From IMG/VR virus record IMGVR_UViG_3300027848_000016: DNA of 64,000 nt; one strand, 5' to 3'. Position numbers and translations under genes: made by a program. Below are positions 50,532 through 60,235 of this stretch, one piece after another. The DNA is from an uncultured virus (IMG/VR IMGVR_UViG_3300027848_000016). Lineage: Duplodnaviria > Heunggongvirae > Uroviricota > Caudoviricetes. Under the pieces are notes generated by a model. That model was not told where the DNA came from and did not search any database. It was given only the letters and a program-made list of their open reading frames with translations. Each line of letters begins with the position of its first letter. The stretch's first letter is position 1.

Positions 50532-53500
50532 TTACCCAAATATTAATACTTTTTCAATTGCAATATCTTCTGCGTCTGCAAAGCTAATACCGCCACTTGC
50601 ACCTGCAACAGATACCCAATTAGTACCATCATATAATTCAACTCTTTTATCAACTGTGTGATATCTAATCATTCCCTGTGTTGCTACCGCTGGTCTGGTT
50701 GTATCATCACCTACCGGCAATACAATTCCGTACGGATCTGCAAATTCTACATACCCAGTTCCAGTATTTTGAAGTACAGTGTTACTATTAGAAACTCTGT
50801 TTAAAATTACATTGTCTTTAATGGCAATGTTATCTACAACTACTCTACCAGTGCCATTAGCATCTAATACTAAATCTGTGTTTGCTGTTATAGTACTTAT
50901 CACATTTCCATCAAGCTGTATATTATCTACTATTACCTTAGTAGTAGCAAGTCTTGACGCATTGATATCAACAATAGTAGCATCTTCTACAATAAATCTA
51001 ATAATATTATCGTTTGCGCCCTCAGTTAGTTCGGCAGTTACTTTAGTATTGCCATCTAAGTCTTCAACCCCTTTTAGGTTAATCCAATTAGATCCGTTAT
51101 ATCCTTCAAATCTTGTTAATTGAGTGTTATATCTTATTTGTCCGGCAGCAGCACTCGGGCGCTCACTTGTATTACCTAAAGGAAGTGTTAAAGCTCCAGT
51201 TCCAATAATATTTACTACACCGCTACCTGGTTGTATGGTAAAATTACCAGTAGTTGTTAATGTACTATCATTAAATGTAAAATTATCAATAACAATATTA
51301 CCAGTTCCGGCAGCACGTAATTCTAAATTACTATTTGAAATAGTAGTTGTAATAAAGTTATCATCAATTAAAATATCACCGGTAGTAAAATTGTTAGCTT
51401 GTATAGTACCAATACTATCAATATTACCAACATTTAATACTCCGCTAACAGTTAAGTTGTTATATATAATAACATTATTAGGAATTAATATGTTGCCTGT
51501 GCCGTTAGCACGTAATTCTAAATCTGTATTACTTGTAGTTGTAGTAATAAAATTGTCATCAATTAATATTTCTTCAAACTGTGCTGCTGCGTTAACTACT
51601 AGGTCTTGAGATACTCCAACATCTCCTGTTATTGTAGTATTGCCTGTTTGATTAAATGCACCAGTAAGCGTTACGGTTCCCGTGATGTTTGTATTTGCAA
51701 GTGTAGCAGTACCGTTTACAGTTAGATTATTATCAACTTGTACATTGTTATTAGGTACTAGGATTCTGCCTGTGCCACTTGCACGTAGTTCTAAATCTGC
51801 ATTTGAAGTAACAGTTTCAATGTAGTTGTCTCTAATTACAAGTCCGTCAATGTTTGCTTGATTAGTCCAAACATTATTCCAACGCTTACTAGGCATACCT
51901 AAACTATATGTACTGTCTAGTCTAGGAACAAGGTCACTATCGATACCTGCTACGATTTGAATTGTATCACTTGCTTCATTACCAATTGTAATATTGCCAC
52001 CGATAGTAACGTTACCTGTTACATCTAAGTCGCCTGTAATATTAACATTGTTTAATAAATCAATTTGATCGTTAAATGCGCTAAAGTTAATATTTCCACT
52101 TAAACTTTCAATAGTGTTTCCGCTAATGCGCAAATTACCAGTATCAATTCTTTCACCATTTACAAATGTATTATTGCCGTCGGTTGTAAATGTTACGCCG
52201 TTAGTAATGTCAATATTTAAATTGTTTGCTGCAAAATTTACAGTACCACTTTCTTGATTTACGTAAAATAAGCCTCCAACTCTAAAGTCACCTTTATGGT
52301 CAACTGAGTTATATCTTATTCTTGCACCGTTTAGTTCTACAACTTCATTTTGCTGAATAACTTCTAATACTTCATTAGTAACGCTTTTACCAGTGCCAAT
52401 GTAAGCTAAGTTATGTCCAATTGCATAAACAAGTACGCCTGGCCCATCGCCATATAGGCCATAATTGCCATAAATGCTTGCTGATCCAATCATACGGATC
52501 TCTGCACCAAAGTCTCGTAGGTCGTAATTTAATATTGTTGTAGCAGTAGCACTACCGTCGCTAATACTCTGTGGAGTTTTGTCAAATCCAATTAGATCTT
52601 CAAACTTTCCATCAATAATGATAACGTCATCAATTACACTTTCAATAATAGCACTAACAACTGTTGATGCATCTGCTGAAGTAAATGTAATTGTATTGCC
52701 TGGAGTAAACGTACCTGTAACGCCGCCTAGACGTATTTGTGTTTTGCCATTGTTATATTTTCCAGTAGTACCGTCAAATGCGTAAATACTCTTGTCTGCA
52801 AAATATGTAAAACTATTTAGCCATTCAATTCTAACACCATTAGTCATTGTAATTGCATCAACACCTGGAGTAATAAATGTGGCACTGTGAAACAAGATTG
52901 CTACTTCTTTTGATCCTGCAATTGCTACACTGCCGTCAATATAGGCGCCACCGCCTGCATCTCCTGCGTTGAATCCTTTTGGATCTTCAGTTGTGGTTAC
53001 ACTACCTGATGTAATAACAGTTACATTTTTAATGTACGGGCTGCGACTAGTTACAATAAACCCTGCGGCAAATTCAAATGCGTAACCTGGAGCATAAAAT
53101 CCAGTTAGCATTAAATCTTCAATAGTAGTTTCACCATTAAGTAAGAATGCAGTGTTTGTAGTTGTACCTACTGTAGGTTGTATTGTTACTGCACGTAAGC
53201 CTTGACCTTTAACAGTAACTCCTGCCGGAATAGTTAGTGGAAATATTTCTGTATATACGCCGGGGTATATATAAACAGTATCGCCAGGTGATGCCGAGCT
53301 TAATGCTTGTGCAACACTTGCATACGGATCTTGTATGTGTGAACCAGTATTAGCATCATCGCCGTTTTCAGCAACATAATAAATGTTACCTTGACGGAAT
53401 GTCAAGTCAATGCCGTCAACTTCTAATGCAGTAGAGTTAATGCTAGTTGCTACTAGATTATTAACCCAAACATCGTTCCATTCTTTGCCACCTAGGCTAG

Positions 53501-54062
53501 GATCGCTACCTAAACTATATGTATTAGTAATATCAGGAATAATATCACTTGCAATTTCTGCATTAAATACAACATTATCTGTATCTGCATCTCCAAGTAT
53601 GATATTACCGTCTGCTGTAATGTTTCCTGTTGCGTGTATATTTCCTTGTACAAGTACATCTGAGTATACTTCTACTACACCTGTGCCGTTAGGTCGAAAT
53701 TCTAAATTAGCATTGGACTCATTAGTACTAATAACATTGCCTTCAATATCAATGCTATCAATAACTGCTTTATTTTGATATACAACATTATCTAGTGTTC
53801 CTAGATTTAAGTACTGCTGTGTACTACTAATTGTATTACCTGTAATAGTAACATCGGCAAGATTTGCCAGCGTGTCTACTATTAGGTTTGTTGTTTTTGT
53901 TGTGCCGGAAATTTGTAATTCGTGTGTAGGACTTGTCGTCTTGATACCGATACGCTGATTATTGACATCTAAATATAATAGGTCTGTTTCAAAAGCTAAA
54001 TCTATACCATTACGGATGAGATTTTCCTTAAGCAACGGACCGGATATGCGACCTACAGCCAT
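50532..54062 (-). CDS. Long fibre-like virion protein (1176 aa)
   Basis: GRISGPLL start, YYVAENGDD...PYASV, repeated I.T..SN.DLELRA.GTG, two RP....G.IRY motifs. Confidence 0.8.
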   Translation of the reverse strand: MAVGRISGPLLKENLIRNGIDLAFETDLLYLDVNNQRIGIKTTSPTHELQISGTTKTTNLIVDTLANLADVTITGNTISSTQQYLNLGTLDNVVYQNKAVIDSIDIEGNVISTNESNANLEFRPNGTGVVEVYSDVLVQGNIHATGNITADGNIILGDADTDNVVFNAEIASDIIPDITNTYSLGSDPSLGGKEWNDVWVNNLVATSINSTALEVDGIDLTFRQGNIYYVAENGDDANTGSHIQDPYASVAQALSSASPGDTVYIYPGVYTEIFPLTIPAGVTVKGQGLRAVTIQPTVGTTTNTAFLLNGETTIEDLMLTGFYAPGYAFEFAAGFIVTSRSPYIKNVTVITSGSVTTTEDPKGFNAGDAGGGAYIDGSVAIAGSKEVAILFHSATFITPGVDAITMTNGVRIEWLNSFTYFADKSIYAFDGTTGKYNNGKTQIRLGGVTGTFTPGNTITFTSADASTVVSAIIESVIDDVIIIDGKFEDLIGFDKTPQSISDGSATATTILNYDLRDFGAEIRMIGSASIYGNYGLYGDGPGVLVYAIGHNLAYIGTGKSVTNEVLEVIQQNEVVELNGARIRYNSVDHKGDFRVGGLFYVNQESGTVNFAANNLNIDITNGVTFTTDGNNTFVNGERIDTGNLRISGNTIESLSGNINFSAFNDQIDLLNNVNITGDLDVTGNVTIGGNITIGNEASDTIQIVAGIDSDLVPRLDSTYSLGMPSKRWNNVWTNQANIDGLVIRDNYIETVTSNADLELRASGTGRILVPNNNVQVDNNLTVNGTATLANTNITGTVTLTGAFNQTGNTTITGDVGVSQDLVVNAAAQFEEILIDDNFITTTTSNTDLELRANGTGNILIPNNVIIYNNLTVSGVLNVGNIDSIGTIQANNFTTGDILIDDNFITTTISNSNLELRAAGTGNIVIDNFTFNDSTLTTTGNFTIQPGSGVVNIIGTGALTLPLGNTSERPSAAAGQIRYNTQLTRFEGYNGSNWINLKGVEDLDGNTKVTAELTEGANDNIIRFIVEDATIVDINASRLATTKVIVDNIQLDGNVISTITANTDLVLDANGTGRVVVDNIAIKDNVILNRVSNSNTVLQNTGTGYVEFADPYGIVLPVGDDTTRPAVATQGMIRYHTVDKRVELYDGTNWVSVAGASGGISFADAEDIAIEKVLIFG

Positions 54063-54175
54063 TTCGTCTCCTATACACGGGGATCCTGTCCCTCCAGCCT
54101 CATTTTCAGCTTACGCTCTTTGCGGGTTGACCACAGTTTGATTATGCAAAACATTGGTCGCGTTTTACACAACAG
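54063..54175 (-). ncRNA. Candidate structured 5' leader RNA (hairpin/pseudoknot)
   Basis: GC-richer 113 nt between TAAATA and ATG; by-eye 8-bp stem whose loop GACCA matches downstream UGGUC, a GUAA tetraloop hairpin and a GGGA/UCCC stem near the RBS. Confidence 0.45.
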
Positions 54176-54205
54176 TATTTATCGTTTGTTGAAAAAAGGG
54201 CAGAC

Positions 54206-57200
54206 TTACCCGTAAATTAGAGTCTGTTGTAGACTAATATCTTGCATCTGTGCATCTGAGACACTCTCAGCTAAACCTGCACTAGGAATCCATTGGGTGC
54301 CGTCCCATGTTTCTAAAACATCGAGATCTGTGTTTTGTCTTGTTAGTCCTAGTTGAGGAGATGCAGGACGTTGTGCTGTTGTTCCTGCCGGAAATTTAAC
54401 TGCATGATTACCAGCAAATATAACTACGTGAGTATTAGTTCCTCTAAATTTAAAATTTTCATTAGATGCATTTGTATTTGTAATAACATTAGTATCAAAC
54501 TTAAAATCATCTATAAGTATGTTGCCCAACCCATCTGCACCAAATTCTAAATCCGAGTTACTAACGTTAGTAGTAATAGTACTAGAATTTATTAATATAT
54601 CATCAACTTGCAATCTGTTTAATTCAATCCCGTCGCTATTAACTGTGCCTACTTGTAAGTTATTAACTGTAAATATTAATGTGTTATTTGTAGGATGCGC
54701 TGTTAGACTAGTAAGCCTGTTAGTAGAGTAACCACCGCCGAACGCAACAGTATCGTTACTTGTGCCTTCGAATAAGTTAGTAGATGTATTAAATCTTATA
54801 TCACCAAGATTGCCCGACGAAGATAGTGATGCTGCTCCATTGGGGATTCTCAAAGCACCAACGCCTATTATATTTAAATTTTCAGTAACATCAAAATTGA
54901 AATCTGTCGAAACAGTACCCATTGTCGACGTATTAAAGTATGTTTGTTGTAAGAATACACTTCCGGTACCGGCAGCACGTAATTCTAAATTACTATTACT
55001 GTTGGTAGTACGTATAACATTATCAAATATTTCTATATCGCTTGAACTGTTTAAATTTTCTATAGCAAATGTATTGTTAATATTAATAGTTGCTGCATTT
55101 AGTGTATCTACAGTTAAATCATTATATATGTAAGTGTTATTATTTGGTATTAATACTGTTCCAGTACCACTTGCACGTAATTCTAAATCTGCATTACTTG
55201 TAGTTGTGGTAATAATATTACCGTCAATATTAATTTCTTCAAACTGTGCTTGCGATCCAACTGTTAAGTTTCCGACTGTTAAGTTTGTAGTATTAAAATT
55301 TTGAGATATATTTAAATTATTTGCTATCACAAAACTGTTTGTATTCAAGTCTTGTAAATCTGTAATTCCGTTAACTTCTAGAATATTATCTATTTCTAAA
55401 TCATTATTAGGAAGTATTATTTCGCTAACGCCGCTTGCACGTAATTCTAAATCTGCATTTGATACTGTAGTAGTAATGTAGTTCTGAGTAAACTCAACAT
55501 CGCCTAAGTTTGCACGATTAGCGTTAGTGTATACCCATTCTTTAGCAGCAGAACCTAAATTAAAGGTTCCGTCTTGATTAGGATTAATATTTTGATCAAA
55601 GTTAACATTAAAGTCAATTATATCAGTAGTTTGATTTCCTAACAGGTTAAGATTGCCTCCAAAACTTAAATCACCAGTAATGTCTAAATTTTTATGTACA
55701 ATAGTACTACTGTTTAGATTTATTATTCCGCTTGCTGCACTAATATTAATATCTGCAAGTATAGATGAAATATCATTATTATCTAATCGTATATTACCAG
55801 TTTTGGCCTGAGTGCCGTTGATTAATGTAATATTACCGTTAGTAGTAATTGTTAATCCATTGAGTGCATCAACCTGTGCCTCATTAATAACTAAACTTGT
55901 TTCGCCGCTTTCTTGATTAACAAAGAACTGATCGCCGACTCTATAATTGCCATATTGGTCTATTGTTTGATAATAGATTGTTCCGCTGTTTAATTCTGTT
56001 ACTTCTTGCGTTTGAATTACTCGGCTTGCGTCATTATCAACATATTTTCCTGTACCTATATACGCCATATTATGGTTTATTAGATATATTAATGTATCTA
56101 CACCGTCTGCCACAACACCGTATTCACCATATATATTTGCCGAACCAATTGATCGTATTTCAGCACCATACTTAACTGTTGATCCGTCTGTGCTTAGATG
56201 TCCATCAACTCCGTCAAATGCATATAATCCTTTTGAAGCAAAGTATATAAAACAGTTTAGCCATTCAATTCTAACACCGTTAGTTGCTGTGATTGCATCT
56301 ACGCCTGGAGTAATAAATGTAACACTATGGAAAAGCATACTTGCTTCTTGACTTACGCTTTCTACATCTGCACCGTCAATATAGGCGCCGCCGCCTGCGT
56401 CTCTGCTAGCAAACCCCCTTGGATCGCTTGCACTTGTTGTTGTGCCTTTTGTAATTACAGTTACGTTTTGTACATATGGACTGCGTGTGCTTACGACTGT
56501 GTTAGGTGCAAAGCTGAATGCATATCCCGGAGCATAAAAATCTTTAATTGTTAAATTCTGTACAGTTGATTCGCCGTTAAGTAAAAATACATCTTCACTT
56601 TGTGAACTTGTATCAGGAACAATGATAGTATTGCGCATATCAACGCCTTGCACTGTAACATTGCTTGGAACAGTTAGAGGCAGTTGCTCTTGGTATTCAC
56701 CTGGATATATTTGAATAGTTACCGGACCTGCTGTACTTGCATCAGCAGCAGCTAGTGCTCTTTTTACAGTTGCAAATGGTGAAAATTTAGAATCACCAGA
56801 ATTAGTATCATCGCCGTTAACACTAACGTAGAATATATTTCCTAATTTTAAGTTATAATCAAGACCACTAATGCTAAGAGCATTAGCAGATACTCCTGTA
56901 CCATTTACTAAGTTAGTATACAACGTACTCCAACGTTTGTCAATAGAACCTATTTGATAAGTGTCATTTGAATCAGGATTAATGTCACTATTTACATCAG
57001 TATTAAACTCAATAGTATCCTGACTTATAGTATCGCCAAATGTAATTGTACCGTCAAGTGTAATATTTTGATTACTATGTAAGTTTCCGTATACTTCTAA
57101 GTTTGAAAATACATCAATTTTGCCAGTTCCGTTAGGTATCAAATCAATATTTGAATTGCTATTAAAACTAGATATAATATTATCATCTATATTAATATTA

Positions 57201-57517
57201 TCTGTGCCTAATGCAGAAAGTTTAATAGCTTCAGATGCTACAAGATTAATATCGCCTACTAATACGGTTAAATTATTACCTTCAATTGTATAATTTGCTA
57301 TGGTGCTCGTAGTAGATAGAAGATTAGAGGATCTTGAAGTTCCGTTAACATCAAACTCGTATCCTGCTACACCTTTATTAACACCTATTTTACCACTGTT
57401 GACATCAAGGAATAAGAGTTGTGTGTCAGAAGAAGTATTCCTAAATGCAAGGTTAACACCGTTGCGTTCAAGGTTTGCTGTTAATAATGGTCCGGAAATT
57501 CTACCAACTTGTGACAT
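54206..57517 (-). CDS. Long fibre-like virion protein (1103 aa), paralog of 50532 gene
   Basis: GRISGPLL start, RSPYVQNVTVIT, FHSVTFITPGVDAI, NADLELRASG repeats. Confidence 0.8.
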   Translation of the reverse strand: MSQVGRISGPLLTANLERNGVNLAFRNTSSDTQLLFLDVNSGKIGVNKGVAGYEFDVNGTSRSSNLLSTTSTIANYTIEGNNLTVLVGDINLVASEAIKLSALGTDNINIDDNIISSFNSNSNIDLIPNGTGKIDVFSNLEVYGNLHSNQNITLDGTITFGDTISQDTIEFNTDVNSDINPDSNDTYQIGSIDKRWSTLYTNLVNGTGVSANALSISGLDYNLKLGNIFYVSVNGDDTNSGDSKFSPFATVKRALAAADASTAGPVTIQIYPGEYQEQLPLTVPSNVTVQGVDMRNTIIVPDTSSQSEDVFLLNGESTVQNLTIKDFYAPGYAFSFAPNTVVSTRSPYVQNVTVITKGTTTSASDPRGFASRDAGGGAYIDGADVESVSQEASMLFHSVTFITPGVDAITATNGVRIEWLNCFIYFASKGLYAFDGVDGHLSTDGSTVKYGAEIRSIGSANIYGEYGVVADGVDTLIYLINHNMAYIGTGKYVDNDASRVIQTQEVTELNSGTIYYQTIDQYGNYRVGDQFFVNQESGETSLVINEAQVDALNGLTITTNGNITLINGTQAKTGNIRLDNNDISSILADINISAASGIINLNSSTIVHKNLDITGDLSFGGNLNLLGNQTTDIIDFNVNFDQNINPNQDGTFNLGSAAKEWVYTNANRANLGDVEFTQNYITTTVSNADLELRASGVSEIILPNNDLEIDNILEVNGITDLQDLNTNSFVIANNLNISQNFNTTNLTVGNLTVGSQAQFEEINIDGNIITTTTSNADLELRASGTGTVLIPNNNTYIYNDLTVDTLNAATININNTFAIENLNSSSDIEIFDNVIRTTNSNSNLELRAAGTGSVFLQQTYFNTSTMGTVSTDFNFDVTENLNIIGVGALRIPNGAASLSSSGNLGDIRFNTSTNLFEGTSNDTVAFGGGYSTNRLTSLTAHPTNNTLIFTVNNLQVGTVNSDGIELNRLQVDDILINSSTITTNVSNSDLEFGADGLGNILIDDFKFDTNVITNTNASNENFKFRGTNTHVVIFAGNHAVKFPAGTTAQRPASPQLGLTRQNTDLDVLETWDGTQWIPSAGLAESVSDAQMQDISLQQTLIYG

Positions 57518-57547
57518 GCCCTACTCCTATTAGTAGTATTTATAGGA

Positions 57548-58078
57548 TTACTTGTCGAAGTTGTGTAGTACTGTTATAGGTCTTGCTAAATCAGGTGCAG
57601 AAGTAAATTTAATATACCATCCGTCTGCATACGGTGCGTTAGGACCTGCTAAACTTCCGCTTACACTTTGCTCAAGTGTATAGTTTGTTGCCGAAATTTG
57701 AAAAACATTTTCTACTAGTACAAGTACATTTTGTGCTGCTGCCGGAATAGGATAGTCTGCATCGCCGCTTGCTAACGGTCCAAATACTGTTTCAGATGCA
57801 TCGCCATTTCCTAAGTTTTGTTGAGTAATGCCTACACTATTAGGCTCTTTATAACGAACTTTGCGCCAGGCACCGTCTTGATAAAACTCAAACTCTTCTA
57901 CATCTGTATTATATCTTGCATGTCCGTTAGTTGGACTAGTAGGACGTTCTCCAGCATCGCCTTTAGGTATTAATACAACATTAGTTGATTCAAGAACTAC
58001 TTGATCATTAATATCGTACTTAACGCCGCGGCCTACAATACTGCGTAGATTGGTTGTTTGGGCTTTAATTAATCTCAT
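57548..58078 (-). CDS. Virion structural protein
   Basis: G...ERP...NG..RYN....FEFY..G.W motif, LVLVENVFQ (baseplate-wedge-like repeat). Confidence 0.7.
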   Translation of the reverse strand: MRLIKAQTTNLRSIVGRGVKYDINDQVVLESTNVVLIPKGDAGERPTSPTNGHARYNTDVEEFEFYQDGAWRKVRYKEPNSVGITQQNLGNGDASETVFGPLASGDADYPIPAAAQNVLVLVENVFQISATNYTLEQSVSGSLAGPNAPYADGWYIKFTSAPDLARPITVLHNFDK

Positions 58079-58410
58079 TATACTTCCAAATAACTTACTG
58101 TTGTTGCTAGGTCTGTTAATGCACCGCCAATATCTGGACTTGCAACAAAAGATACAGTATCGCCGGCTTCTAACACAATTCTTTCACTATCAAATGTAAA
58201 AGTTTCGCCTGCTGGCAATGTTAGATTATTAATAACTCGTGTAACTTTATTTGCCAACGAATTTGGGCTTGCAATAAAATGCAAGTCAAATGTTGAGTCT
58301 GCAGAGCCTGTATTACACACTAATATATTTGTAACAGCATAACTCTTACTTGCCGGTACAGTAATTACGTCTAGTTGATTTGTTGTTAATTGTGCGTTTA
58401 CTATTGCCAT
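58078..58410 (-). CDS. Small virion adaptor-like protein (paralog C)
   Basis: 110 aa; ITVPA...ILVCN...RIVLEAGD...SYLEV. Confidence 0.7.
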   Translation of the reverse strand: MAIVNAQLTTNQLDVITVPASKSYAVTNILVCNTGSADSTFDLHFIASPNSLANKVTRVINNLTLPAGETFTFDSERIVLEAGDTVSFVASPDIGGALTDLATTVSYLEV

Positions 58411-58419
58411 ATTGTTTCC

Positions 58420-59454
58420 TTAAAAAAGCATGCTAAACAGCAATGCTCTGTTTTTACTTATTATTTCTCCTGTGGTACTGCTCTTATTTACAAAATATAA
58501 TCCAGTATCACCTGTACCTTCTGTAGTTGAAAACAATTTTATTCCACTATCGGGTGCAGTGCTAGACGGTGTTACTCCGTCATCCTCATATAAAAATTCA
58601 GTTATCTCAAGTGCATCTTTAACTGTAACTGATCCAGCACCTGGCGAGGATAATAGTAACGATTCGTCACTATTAACTGTTGAAATTTCATTTCTTTGTA
58701 TCTTAATATCGCCTAATTCTATTCTATTAGAATAAAAATTAGCAGTTAGTATTCCATCAACTGTTACAACTACAGTACTTTCAACTGCACTATTATCAAA
58801 GTCAGCAGCAACTACACTAGTGTCTGCGTCAGAAATACCAGGTTGAAAGTTACTTGTAAATGCATATGTTACATAATCAACTAATCCTTTAGCATTTGGA
58901 ATAAAATCGTTATTTAATACAACATTTCCGCCGCCTGGATCAGTAATTACGCCAGCAGTATAGTTAAATACATTTTCTTCGTAGTCAACTGTACCTGCTA
59001 CATTAATAGCACTGTTAGGAGTTGTTACATACAACGGTCCTTCAGCATTAATACTGTTTACATTAAGTGGAAGAAATGCTCCATTAATGTCTTCAAATCT
59101 AAATGAGCCTGTGCCGCTGCTTCCTCCTGCAACATAAGGACTTTGTTCATCAAATACTAATCTTGCAGTAGGTAAACTACCTCTATCAATTTCAATACCT
59201 GCTTTATAGTCGAAGCTGGCACGTATTCCGGCACCAGCTTCTCCATCGTTTAGTGTTAGTATGTTATCAGCAATAGTAGTAACAGTAGATTCTACAGTAG
59301 TTGTAGTCCCTTTAACTTCTAAGTCGCCGGTGATCACAACAACGCCTCTAGGGCTTGCTGATCCACTAGTAGTATCTAAGTAGATTGTTCCGGTCGTACC
59401 GTTATCTACTATGATTCTATAGTTACCGTCTGTTACTCGTAATACCTTTGACAT
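58420..59454 (-). CDS. Virion structural protein
   Basis: ITGDLEVKGTTTTV...DNILTLN..E, AGIEIDRG motifs typical of fibre/baseplate proteins. Confidence 0.7.
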   Translation of the reverse strand: MSKVLRVTDGNYRIIVDNGTTGTIYLDTTSGSASPRGVVVITGDLEVKGTTTTVESTVTTIADNILTLNDGEAGAGIRASFDYKAGIEIDRGSLPTARLVFDEQSPYVAGGSSGTGSFRFEDINGAFLPLNVNSINAEGPLYVTTPNSAINVAGTVDYEENVFNYTAGVITDPGGGNVVLNNDFIPNAKGLVDYVTYAFTSNFQPGISDADTSVVAADFDNSAVESTVVVTVDGILTANFYSNRIELGDIKIQRNEISTVNSDESLLLSSPGAGSVTVKDALEITEFLYEDDGVTPSSTAPDSGIKLFSTTEGTGDTGLYFVNKSSTTGEIISKNRALLFSMLF

Positions 59455-59513
59455 TCTTAATTCCTATGTAGAAAGTAATGGGAGAACTTAATCCCCCATA
59501 ACTAATATTACGC

Positions 59514-60077
59514 TTATTCGTCAGCTTCAAAATCATCTGGTGCAATTCTAACAGTACCAGTTCCTGTGCCTGGCTGTGCTGCCATAGTAAAGATTGTACC
59601 GACATCACTGTCTGCTGCGCCGAATGTTGTAAAGTCTGTGTTTCCAGCTGTAACGATTTGGTAAACAATACCATTCGTAACAAGTGCTGTTGCAACAAGA
59701 ATTTCACTAGCAGTTTCACTACCCGCCTCTTCCATTTCAACAGCATTATCATTATTTGCGTCTGACATGTTCCAAGCAATGCTTACACCTGTGTCAAGTG
59801 TTACTTTACGTCCTGCAATTTTGGTAACTTGACGTGCTACTCCGTCGTCGTCTTTAACTGTAATAGTCATTTCGCCAGCAGCAATTGCTCCAGTAAGTTT
59901 GTCTACTAATGTACAAACTTTTGTTTCTGTGCCGTCGGTGCAACGGAATTTCTTACTTCCAAGTTGCTTAATGATCCAACCGTTTACTGATGCATCTCCG
60001 TTGTGAAACTGTACTTTAATCTCGTTACCAGCATTTGTTGGTGTTCCGAAAAATCTCTTGTTTAGTGGACGTCCCAT
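59514..60077 (-). CDS. Hypothetical virion protein downstream of major capsid gene
   Basis: 187 aa, strong AAGGAG RBS, own TAAATA promoter. Confidence 0.75.
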   Translation of the reverse strand: MGRPLNKRFFGTPTNAGNEIKVQFHNGDASVNGWIIKQLGSKKFRCTDGTETKVCTLVDKLTGAIAAGEMTITVKDDDGVARQVTKIAGRKVTLDTGVSIAWNMSDANNDNAVEMEEAGSETASEILVATALVTNGIVYQIVTAGNTDFTTFGAADSDVGTIFTMAAQPGTGTGTVRIAPDDFEADE

Positions 60078-60166
60078 TTGTTTTTTCTCCTTTAAAACGT
60101 TCTAGGTCTACGCAGTGGGTCATTTCTGCATAAGTCCGCTGATTGCGGCACGATTATCGACACAAG
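60078..60166 (-). ncRNA. Candidate structured 5' leader RNA (three-way junction)
   Basis: By-eye stems CCGC/GCGG and UAUGCAG/CUGCGUA closed by CGU/ACG just upstream of the RBS. Confidence 0.4.
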
Positions 60167-60192
60167 TATTTATCAAAGTTTACTCAAGTCAT

Positions 60193-60219
60193 AAAAATAG
60201 GCCCCGGAGGGCCTATTTT
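60193..60219 (-). terminator. Rho-independent terminator after major capsid gene
   Basis: Minus strand AAAATAGGCCC-TCCG-GGGCCTATTTTT. Confidence 0.85.
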
Positions 60220-60235
60220 ATATTTCAGTAACTAA

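Noticed and set aside
50779..55133. Several 100-160 aa plus-strand ORFs opposite fibre genes (similar cases at 6242-6754 and 60675-61127)
   Set aside because: Antisense frames kept open by codon bias of the real minus-strand genes; no RBS or recognisable motifs
59476..59500. Possible terminator hairpin after the 59514 gene
   Set aside because: Stem is short and imperfect (ATGGG/CCCAT) with no clear U-tract; insufficient support
60078..60166. Assignment as glnA glutamine riboswitch or c-di-GMP riboswitch
   Set aside because: Only the flanking CGU/ACG resembles glnA; the conserved core nucleotides of these families are not present, so it is kept as an unnamed candidate
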